Below are positions 49,063 to 56,382 of a stretch of DNA of 64,000 bases, piece after piece (positions within the stretch are counted from its first letter, which is position 1; every line of letters begins with the position of its first letter). Below the pieces are notes generated by a model. That model was not told the origin of the DNA. It did no database searches and was given only the letters and a program-made list of their open reading frames with translations. The DNA comes from a virus. Lineage: Duplodnaviria; Caudoviricetes. The translations under genes were made by a program, and so were the position numbers. Location: positions 29,508-93,507 of the IMG/VR virus record IMGVR_UViG_3300030613_000008, one strand, 5' to 3'.

Positions 49063-49866
49063 ATGAAAGGATACATTGCTCTCACTCACGACCTGCGACA
49101 GCCGGGGTCGATGAGAAAACCTCTCTGGGACGGTTCAGTGCCGTTTGACTTGCAGACTCCAGACGCGGACATCGTCGGAGGCGGCACCACATGGAGAAAT
49201 CGTAGCGGTCTTTTCCTCTGGCCGGACGGTCACGCTGCCTTGTTGAACAGCGGTCTATGGTCAGACGGCAGGCCGTCGCGGCTCTATCGAGTAGAGGCTG
49301 AGTCTGCCACTAAGTGCGGTGATAGATATAGCGCACGCACCATCAAGGTTGTTGATGAAGTCTGTGACATCCGCCCACACGTAGAGAGGATGGCTGCCGA
49401 ACTATTTGACGATCGTTATTGTACACAGATGGTGGGAGAGCAATTGGCGTGGCACGCTGCCCTCAGGCGCGCGAAACACAACGCGGCCGTCGTTGATGCC
49501 GGTCTTAAGTCCGCCCTCATGGCGCGCGGGCTCAGCGGTTGGACACTGCGGAGGTACGACAACGCCAATGCCGCCGTCGAAGCTCACGACGCACTAGGGG
49601 TGCACACCACCGACATCGCGTTTCGCACGTGGAATACAGAGGCAGTTAGTTTTTGCGATGGAGGAAGGTCAAGCACGCAAGACTGCGACACGTTTGGCGC
49701 GTATGATGCCGATGTCGCGCTCATCGTCATGAGGAAATCATTCATGGGTGACGTTTCGTTTCGGGGCGATCTGCTAACCGTGGGCATCCGAGACGCCTAC
49801 GCGGCGGGCCTCCACGTTGCCATCCCAACCGGACCGGCAGAGTTGGGGTGGTCGATGGACGATTAA
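49063..49866 (+). CDS. Hypothetical protein
   Basis: RBS GGAAGGGG; LRRYDN...AIPTGPAELGW. Confidence 0.55.
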   Translation: MKGYIALTHDLRQPGSMRKPLWDGSVPFDLQTPDADIVGGGTTWRNRSGLFLWPDGHAALLNSGLWSDGRPSRLYRVEAESATKCGDRYSARTIKVVDEVCDIRPHVERMAAELFDDRYCTQMVGEQLAWHAALRRAKHNAAVVDAGLKSALMARGLSGWTLRRYDNANAAVEAHDALGVHTTDIAFRTWNTEAVSFCDGGRSSTQDCDTFGAYDADVALIVMRKSFMGDVSFRGDLLTVGIRDAYAAGLHVAIPTGPAELGWSMDD

Positions 49867-49968
49867 TCTACCACGCTTGTCCATTTCCCGCGCTCCAAAT
49901 CGCTACGGCCCAACGACCACGCGGGTTTTACGGGCAAGAGAAAAAGTGAAAATAGTTGTGATTCGCGC

Positions 49969-50002
49969 TTGACACGAGCAAGGATAGGCGCTATATATAG
50001 AG
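49969..50002 (+). promoter_or_regulatory. Strong sigma70-like promoter, copy 2
   Basis: TTGACA-17 nt-TATATA; AGGCGCTATATATAGAG. Confidence 0.8.
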
Positions 50003-50036
50003 AGTGAGACGGGGACAGCAAAAAGGAGAAAACATC

Positions 50037-50348
50037 ATGGGCAAGACGTACAGCGTGAATCTTTGGGGAAGCGACCCGGCACTCGACAACGACGATTGCT
50101 GGACCGGTGCCGACTTCGCCACGCGCAAAGAGGCAGAGGTCGCCTACAAGAACCCGACCCCGCACTTTTACGCGGGGGCCATGGGCAAGGTCGTGTTCGT
50201 CGAGTTGGACGGCCCGGACGTCAACGCCAAGCGGCGCGTCGCTGCCGACAGGAAGCCCGTCCGCGACCTCACGTGGCGCAACGAAATGGCGATGGAAGCC
50301 GGGATGCTTTACGGGTGCGACGGCTACAACGAGGTCATGGGCTACTAG
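50037..50348 (+). CDS. Small early protein
   Basis: AAAAAGGAGA RBS. Confidence 0.65.
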   Translation: MGKTYSVNLWGSDPALDNDDCWTGADFATRKEAEVAYKNPTPHFYAGAMGKVVFVELDGPDVNAKRRVAADRKPVRDLTWRNEMAMEAGMLYGCDGYNEVMGY

Positions 50349-50546
50349 ATGAAGGCGCGCGACGTCATCGGGAAGCGAATCACGAGGATTCGCCAGACGC
50401 GCCTTTCTCCAGGGGTGGGCCGGAGCATGGCCGTGAACATCGATTGGATTGAACTGGAAGACGGGACGCTCATCACGTTCGGAGTTGCAGAGGGAGATAG
50501 CGAATATTTCATCGAAGCGACCGCAAGAAAAAGGAGAACCCCATGA
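50349..50546 (+). CDS. Small early protein
   Basis: Abuts the previous stop. Confidence 0.55.
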   Translation: MKARDVIGKRITRIRQTRLSPGVGRSMAVNIDWIELEDGTLITFGVAEGDSEYFIEATARKRRTP

Positions 50547-50833
50547 CGACCACCAACGACCTGGAACGGGAAGAGCGCGCCTACGAGAAGACGACCGTTG
50601 ACCGCAGCGTCTACGGCAACTTCACGATTGCCGACCTGCGTGAAGCGTTCGACCGCGTGTCGCCGAAGAACTGGAAGGACCCGATCGCGTGTTCGTGCAA
50701 CGGTGGGACGGTCAACCTCGTGTGCGCGGCCATCTCGTTTTTCACGGGGTCGGTGGCCCACGTCGAAGTCGACGTGCGGACGATGACCTACTACATTGAG
50801 GCGGAGGGGTACTACGCCGCGTGCGGGTCGTGA
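50543..50833 (+). CDS. Small early protein
   Basis: AAAAAGGAGA RBS; NWKDPI...AISFFTG...AEGYY. Confidence 0.65.
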   Translation: MTTTNDLEREERAYEKTTVDRSVYGNFTIADLREAFDRVSPKNWKDPIACSCNGGTVNLVCAAISFFTGSVAHVEVDVRTMTYYIEAEGYYAACGS

Positions 50834-50893
50834 GCCGAAACCGCCTGCGGGCGGTCGCCACGGTTGGCTACCGTGGCCTGATGAGGCAGCCGA
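50834..50893 (+). ncRNA. Type II hammerhead ribozyme
   Basis: GCC-GAAA-stem III(CCGCC/GGCGG)-TC-stem I(GCCACGGT/ACCGTGGC)-CTGATGA-GGC; loop I can pair with 3' AGCCG. Confidence 0.85.
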
Positions 50894-50908
50894 AAAGGAG
50901 AGACAACG

Positions 50909-51142
50909 ATGGCATACAGGGTGAGATTGGGCGGGTCGCCGAAGGACAGCGGGGTTGTGTTATTCGACATGGACGACGCCGAGGAGGCCGCTGTGAACAT
51001 GGCCAAGCGGCGGTGCAAGGAGACGGACGACGACGCGGACACCGTGGAAATCTACGGGGAAGAGGGAACCGGCGCTGCGTGGGGTGCCTGCCCCGAGGGC
51101 GACGACGGCGCGTATTACTCGTTCATCACGGTTGAGGACTGA
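50909..51142 (+). CDS. Small acidic early protein
   Basis: GAAAAGGAGA RBS. Confidence 0.65.
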   Translation: MAYRVRLGGSPKDSGVVLFDMDDAEEAAVNMAKRRCKETDDDADTVEIYGEEGTGAAWGACPEGDDGAYYSFITVED

Positions 51143-51193
51143 CCGGAACTTGCGAATTTGCGCAAGTTCACAAATTAAGAGGGAGATTCAACG

Positions 51194-51343
51194 ATGGGAC
51201 GAAAGCTGTACAAGGTGGTGCTAGACGACGATGACCGCGCGCAGTTGGCGCGGGAGTTCGAGTTGGCTTGGCGGCAGCGGTGCGAGATGGCGGCGGCGCA
51301 GTGGGAGTTCGAGCGCGGGAGGAGAATCGCGCCGACGTTCTGA
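51194..51343 (+). CDS. Small protein (49 aa, below ORF-track cutoff)
   Basis: RBS AGAGGGAG; MGRKLYKVVLDDDDRAQLAREF. Confidence 0.5.
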   Translation: MGRKLYKVVLDDDDRAQLAREFELAWRQRCEMAAAQWEFERGRRIAPTF

Positions 51344-51354
51344 GAGGTGTCCAG

Positions 51355-51431
51355 GGTTCCCCCCTGGGCGGTGCGTCCGAGCCGGGTTAATCTCCTTTTC
51401 CTGGTTTGGGCGTACCGCCGAGGGGTGAACC
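51355..51431 (+). ncRNA. Long hairpin with anti-AAAAGGAGA loop
   Basis: 32-nt arms, 5 G-U, 2 mismatches; loop TTAATCTCCTTTT. Confidence 0.65.
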
Positions 51432-51446
51432 GAAAAGGAGAACACG

Positions 51447-51683
51447 ATGGACTACCCGAATCCGATGGTGCGAGAGACGACGCTACGACACGACGACGAC
51501 ACCGACCTTGTGCGTGTCGCCATGCCGACAGACGACCAGGTGGTTGTGTTCCGAGGACCGGCCGGGGCGTTGACGGAGTTCTCGCGCGGGAAGTTCGAGA
51601 CGCAGAAACAGGCGGCACAGTACTACTGCGCCAAGGTCAACGGCTTGCACGCGGCGGGGTGGCAAACCCTGTCGTTCGCGTAG
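51447..51683 (+). CDS. Small early protein
   Basis: GAAAAGGAGA RBS. Confidence 0.6.
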   Translation: MDYPNPMVRETTLRHDDDTDLVRVAMPTDDQVVVFRGPAGALTEFSRGKFETQKQAAQYYCAKVNGLHAAGWQTLSFA

Positions 51684-51690
51684 GTGCAAC

Positions 51691-52488
51691 GTGAGCGACT
51701 ACCAGGGCCGCAAGGCCGCGCGAATCGAGCGGCTACACGAGCGCGCCGAGAAGAAGGCGGGGCAGGCGAGCGCATCGTTCGAGGCCACGCGGAAACTCGC
51801 GGATTCGATTCCTTTTGGTCAGCCAATTTTACGCGGGCACCACAGTGAGGCTCACGCTCGCCGAGACTGCGAGCGTATCCAGCGCGGCATGGAGTGCGGT
51901 TGCGAAGCGCAGAAGGAAGCCGCCGAGCTAGAGCGCCGTGCCGAAGCGGCCGAGCGCAACACCTCGATTTCATCCGACGACCCGGACGCACTGGACGCCT
52001 TGCGCGCGAAGCTCTTGAAGATGGAGACGTTGCGCGCGGACATGACCCGCATCAACCGGCAGTATCGAGGTGGCGGGGTGGACGCCGTGACGGGCATCTC
52101 AGACGACCAGCGGGAGAAGATACGGGCAGCGATGGCGGACCGCTCGTGTGGCGTGAGGCGTGCCCCGTTCGAGGCGTACCAGTTGACGAACCTCGGCGCG
52201 AAGATACGCGCGACGGCCAAGCGGATCGGGGAGCTGGAAGCCAAGGAGGCGGACGTGACGACAGAGGAACGGCACGGGGACGTGGTGCTCCGTGACGACG
52301 TTGAGGCGAACCGGCTCATGCTCGTGTTTCCCGGCAAACCCGACCAGGCGACAATCGACGCGCTCAAGGGATACGGGTTCCGGTGGTCGCCGAGTAACGG
52401 GGCGTGGCAGCGGATGCGCGGGTACGGAGCGCGGGCGTGCGCGTTGGCCGTGCTGAAAACGCTGGAAGCCAGTAACGGCGCGGGCTAG
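51691..52488 (+). CDS. DUF3560 domain protein
   Basis: IPFGQPILRGHHSE..ARR, ISSDDPDA, FPGKP...LKGYGFRWSP..GAWQR. Confidence 0.85.
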   Translation: MSDYQGRKAARIERLHERAEKKAGQASASFEATRKLADSIPFGQPILRGHHSEAHARRDCERIQRGMECGCEAQKEAAELERRAEAAERNTSISSDDPDALDALRAKLLKMETLRADMTRINRQYRGGGVDAVTGISDDQREKIRAAMADRSCGVRRAPFEAYQLTNLGAKIRATAKRIGELEAKEADVTTEERHGDVVLRDDVEANRLMLVFPGKPDQATIDALKGYGFRWSPSNGAWQRMRGYGARACALAVLKTLEASNGAG

Positions 52489-52509
52489 AAAAATCGTAAT
52501 ATTTAGAAC

Positions 52510-52701
52510 ATGGAAACGAACACAATCTTCGTCGAGTGCATGCACTGTCGCCGCCAGCGGGTCGACGGCGTGTGGGTTGAGAACACCATCCCGGCCGGTG
52601 CCAGGGTGTCTCACGGCCTCTGTGCCGAGTGCGATTCGAAATACTATAGCGACGAAGAGATTGCCAAGGCGTTTGCGAAAAAGGAGAACGACCATGTGTA
52701 A
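52510..52701 (+). CDS. Small Zn-binding protein
   Basis: CMHC...SHGLCAEC. Confidence 0.6.
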   Translation: METNTIFVECMHCRRQRVDGVWVENTIPAGARVSHGLCAECDSKYYSDEEIAKAFAKKENDHV

Positions 52702-52927
52702 CGACCGCATGTGCGGTGCCTCGGATTGCGTGGCTTGTCGTGGCCCATCGGCCAAGTACCACGACTGGTGCGACGAGTGCCCCTACACCGACGAGTGCGG
52801 CGAGACGACGGACCCCGGTGATGACGACTGCCAGCGCAAGGCGGACGCGGACAACGCCGAGGTGGACGCCTACGAGTCGAGGATGGAGGCCCGCGCCGAT
52901 CGCATCCGCGACGGGTGGGAGTACTGA
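52694..52927 (+). CDS. Small Cys/Asp-rich protein
   Basis: AAAAAGGAGA RBS; CGASDCVAC. Confidence 0.6.
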   Translation: MCNDRMCGASDCVACRGPSAKYHDWCDECPYTDECGETTDPGDDDCQRKADADNAEVDAYESRMEARADRIRDGWEY

Positions 52928-52928
52928 C

Positions 52929-53201
52929 ATGGACGACATGACCGCAAAGCAGTTCGCAATGCTCAGGTATATTTGCGAGGTTGGTGTTGGGCAGTGGAGA
53001 AATCCGACATACCGAGAGTTGGTGAAGAGGTTTGGCATCACCGTTTTCGCCGTAGCGTGTCGGCTCAAGGCGTTGAAGAAAAAAGGATACCTTCGAACGG
53101 ACATCAATGAAATTGCAGTTACACCGATGACAATCGACAAATATTTTGAAGAGTGGCCGGTGCCCAGTGCGGAGGACGACGAGATGGGAGAATCGACATG
53201 A
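52929..53201 (+). CDS. LexA-type DNA-binding domain protein
   Basis: MTAKQFAMLRYI...PTYRELVKRFG...LKALKKKGYL. Confidence 0.75.
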   Translation: MDDMTAKQFAMLRYICEVGVGQWRNPTYRELVKRFGITVFAVACRLKALKKKGYLRTDINEIAVTPMTIDKYFEEWPVPSAEDDEMGEST

Positions 53202-53352
53202 GCGCGCCGTGGCCCGACGACCTGTGCGCCAACTGCCCGTATTCGGACATGTGCGACCTGGACCTGATGGACAAGGACGGCGAGCCCACCGGTTGCCGCC
53301 GCGTTGACGACTGGCGGGATGACGAGGAACGCAAGGCGGAGGGCGAGCGCTA

Positions 53353-53589
53353 GTGTTTCGCGCCTTCGAATCCTCGCTTACTCGCGGCCTCATTCGAGGT
53401 CAAGTGCTCACCTGCGAACTCGCGACGGCCTCTGCGGTCAACCTCGTGGAGCCGCAACGGGGGCCGTGGGTGCTCTTGACGGCGAGCGGAGAGCGGACGG
53501 TGTACCAGACGCCAATCGCCGCAGCCCGTGCGTGGCGCTATCTCATGCACTGGCAGATACAGATTGACAACGACAAACGGCCGTGCTAG
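53353..53589 (+). CDS. Hypothetical protein
   Basis: Coupled ORF ending in the promoter region. Confidence 0.4.
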   Translation: MFRAFESSLTRGLIRGQVLTCELATASAVNLVEPQRGPWVLLTASGERTVYQTPIAAARAWRYLMHWQIQIDNDKRPC

Positions 53590-53747
53590 CGATAGCACAA
53601 CAGGAGGTGGACAACATGGGGAAGACAACTGCTACCGAAAACAACTCCGAACAGGGATGATGAGGGGCAATCGGCCGATTCAAATGGCGCTTGACAACCG
53701 TGTCGGGATGCTGTACCTATATGTTGTTACAGCTGGAGGTGGGGAAA

Positions 53748-53885
53748 TTGGCTTCAGTTACAATTCCAGAAAAGACGAAATGTCTACGGTGTGGGCACGA
53801 ATGGACTCCGCGGCAAGCGGAAGTCACCCGCTGTCCGAAGTGCGGAAGTCCATACTGGAATCGTCCAAGGAAGAGTCCGAAGTGA
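53748..53885 (+). CDS. 45-aa Zn-ribbon protein coupled to TnpB
   Basis: RBS GGAGGTG, TTG start; CLRCGHEW.PR...CPKCGSPYW; GTGA overlap with tnpB. Confidence 0.75.
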   Translation: MASVTIPEKTKCLRCGHEWTPRQAEVTRCPKCGSPYWNRPRKSPK

Positions 53886-55090
53886 AATCCTACCGCACCG
53901 AGTTGAATTTGAACGATAAGCAGCGTACGGCGTGTTTGCAGCATGCAGGAGTGGCGCGGTTCGCGTACAACTTCGGACTGCGGCGCAAGCGGGAAGCATA
54001 CGAGACGACTGGCAAGAGTCCATCTGCCATCGATTTGCACCGGGAACTGAACGCACTCAAGAAGACCGAATTCCCGTGGATGTATGAGGTCAGCAAGTGC
54101 GCGCCCCAGGAAGCCTTGCGGAATCTGGACAAGGCGTTTGAAGGGTTTTTCCGTCGGTGCAAGGAGAAGTCGGCGCGGAAGGGGTACCCGAAGTTCAAGA
54201 GCCGGAAGCGCGGCATCGGATCGTTCACGTTGACGGGGGCAATTCACGTGACGGAACAGACTATCCAATTGCCGCGACTGGGTGTGTTGCGACTCAAGGA
54301 ACGTGGGTACTTTCCGACGGCGGCTCATATCACGCGGGCAACGGTATCGGAGCGAGTTGGTCGGTGGTTCGTGTCCATCCTGGTGGACGAGGAGCCGGTG
54401 CGTACAAAGGGCACGGAGGTACTCGGAGTGGACGTGGGCATCGCGCACTTGGCAGTGCTGTCGGATGGAACGGTGTTCGAGAATCCGCGAGCGTTGAAGA
54501 CGGCACAGGAGCGGGTGCGACGGTTGCAGAAGTCGGTGAGTCGGAAGGTAAAGGGATCTAGAAATCGGAAGAAGGCAGTCAACAAGTTGGCGAAGCAGCA
54601 TTATCGGGTGTCGTGCGTGCGGAGCAACGCGATTCATCAGGCGACGAACGCGATAGCCAAGCGAGCGTCGGTTGTAGGAATCGAGACGTTGAACGTGCGC
54701 GGGATGCTGCGGAATCACTGCTTGGCGGGTGCATTGTCCGACGCGAGCATGTCCGAGTTTTTACGACAGCTAGAATACAAGATAGAATGGACAGGTGGCA
54801 TAGTAGTGAAGGCGGATCGATGGTACCCATCATCAAAGACGTGTTCAGATTGTGGAACAGTAGTGAACGATTTACCGTTGTCGGTGCGGGAATGGTCCTG
54901 TGCCGAGTGCGGTATCGTCCATGATCGAGACGTGAATGCGGCGATTAACCTGAAGAACATGGCCGCGAGTTTCGCGGTGACAGCCTGTCGTCCTGGGAGC
55001 GCTGGTCCGACTCGCAAGAGAAGGACGAAACTTCTGGTTGGGCAGGAAATCAACACTAGACAGGGCACGTCCCTGGGAGGGTCAGTTTGA
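53882..55090 (+). CDS. tnpB: RNA-guided endonuclease TnpB
   Basis: ARFAYN, GYPKFK, RuvC GVDVG / IETLNV / DRDVNAA, SSKTCSDCG and CAECG Zn ribbon. Confidence 0.95.
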   Translation: MKSYRTELNLNDKQRTACLQHAGVARFAYNFGLRRKREAYETTGKSPSAIDLHRELNALKKTEFPWMYEVSKCAPQEALRNLDKAFEGFFRRCKEKSARKGYPKFKSRKRGIGSFTLTGAIHVTEQTIQLPRLGVLRLKERGYFPTAAHITRATVSERVGRWFVSILVDEEPVRTKGTEVLGVDVGIAHLAVLSDGTVFENPRALKTAQERVRRLQKSVSRKVKGSRNRKKAVNKLAKQHYRVSCVRSNAIHQATNAIAKRASVVGIETLNVRGMLRNHCLAGALSDASMSEFLRQLEYKIEWTGGIVVKADRWYPSSKTCSDCGTVVNDLPLSVREWSCAECGIVHDRDVNAAINLKNMAASFAVTACRPGSAGPTRKRRTKLLVGQEINTRQGTSLGGSV

Positions 55091-56382
55091 TGGAACGGAA
55101 GAACGACAGCAGGGCGCGGCTGATACGCGCCTCGGTTTCGAACGTGCTCGGCATCAAGCTCGCGGAGGTGAAATTCCAGGCGGACGGCGGGATGGTCGTC
55201 GTCGGTGGGGAGAACGGCGCGGGGAAGTCCTCGCTTCTCGACGCCCTGCGGTGGGGACTGGACGGCGTGAAGCCCAAGGGCAAGGAGCTGCTACACCACG
55301 GCGCGGACAAGGGCGTAGTGACCTTGGAGCTGGCTGGTGAGGTGGTCGAAATCAAGCGCGGGGTAACGGAGAAGGGCACGACCTTGAAAGTCACCTCGCC
55401 CGACGGTGGCGACCTCAAGAAACCGCAGTCCGTTTTGGACGCCTTGTGCGGGACGTTCGGTATCGACCCCACGGCGTTCCTGCTCATGTCGGACGCGGAC
55501 CAAACCAAGCGCGTGCAAGAGGTCATGGGCGTCGACTTCACTGACCTGGACGCGGAGTACAAGCGGCTGTACGAGGAGCGCACCACGGCCAACCGGCGCG
55601 TGAGAGACGCGGAGGGGGAACTCCGCAACCTGCCAAGGCCGGAGCCGGGGGACCCGACGGAGCCGATTTCGATGACGGCGCTCGTCTCCGAAATCGACGA
55701 AGTGACGTTCGCCGAGAAGGCCTGCGAATCGGAGGCAAAGCGCCTCGTGTCGTTGCGTGAGAACTCCGCCGGGCTCAAGGCTGAAATCGAGGAGATGGAA
55801 GCAAAACTCGTTGCCCTCAAAGCGGCTCGCGCGGCCGTTATCGAAGAGGGCAAGGGGCTGGCGAGCAAGGTGGACCGCAACCTCGTCAACATGGAGCAGG
55901 CCAAGGCCGCCGGGTGTGACTCCGCTTCCCTCCGCTCCAAGCTCGCCAACGCCGAAACCATCAACGCCCGTGTCGCTATCGCCAAGCGTCGTGACGAGGC
56001 ATCGGCCAAGGTGCGCGACCTCGGTGTCGCAGCGGAGAAGGTGGACAAGGAACTCGCGGCCGTGCAAGTTGAGCGCTCCAAGCGTATCGAGGCGGCCCCA
56101 CTGTGCATCGCCGGGGTGGACATCCGGGACGGCGCGGTCTGCTACAACAACGCCCCGCTGTCCGAGGCGTCCGATGGGCAACGGCTCCGCGTGGCGTTCG
56201 AGATCGCGGCGGCTGGTTCTCCGCACCTTCGTTTCCTGAACATGCGGCACGGTGGGCTTCTCGACATGAAGAACAGGCAGGCGGTTGCCGAGTTGGCAAT
56301 CGAGCGCGGCTACACGGTATTGATGGAAGTCGTCGGGACGCAGGGGATTGACATTCTCATTGAGGAGGGGGTGGCGAAGTGA
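55090..56382 (+). CDS. SMC/RecN-like coiled-coil ABC ATPase
   Basis: Walker A GENGAGKS, long coiled coil, ASDGQ signature, GLLD. Confidence 0.85.
   Translation: MERKNDSRARLIRASVSNVLGIKLAEVKFQADGGMVVVGGENGAGKSSLLDALRWGLDGVKPKGKELLHHGADKGVVTLELAGEVVEIKRGVTEKGTTLKVTSPDGGDLKKPQSVLDALCGTFGIDPTAFLLMSDADQTKRVQEVMGVDFTDLDAEYKRLYEERTTANRRVRDAEGELRNLPRPEPGDPTEPISMTALVSEIDEVTFAEKACESEAKRLVSLRENSAGLKAEIEEMEAKLVALKAARAAVIEEGKGLASKVDRNLVNMEQAKAAGCDSASLRSKLANAETINARVAIAKRRDEASAKVRDLGVAAEKVDKELAAVQVERSKRIEAAPLCIAGVDIRDGAVCYNNAPLSEASDGQRLRVAFEIAAAGSPHLRFLNMRHGGLLDMKNRQAVAELAIERGYTVLMEVVGTQGIDILIEEGVAK

Larger units (their letters stand above)
53622..55098 (+). mobile_element. Non-autonomous IS607-like TnpB element
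   Basis: Left flank ATGGGG, right end ...AGTTTGATGGAACGG; removal gives ATG GGG AAG AAC GAC behind RBS GGAGGTGG; purine-skewed composition. Confidence 0.75.

Noticed and set aside
53622-53747. IStron (group I intron plus TnpB)
   Set aside because: Only ~125 nt precede the first ORF, too short for a group I core; the ATPase is rescued by a new start instead.
53528-53881. 118-aa N-terminal extension of TnpB in the ORF track
   Set aside because: Crosses the element boundary and two promoters; the true start is GTG 53882 coupled to the Zn-ribbon gene.
55074-55083. 10-nt match of the TnpB right-end RBS to the 30497 loop
   Set aside because: The element is a recent arrival and SD-like matches arise easily; treated as chance.
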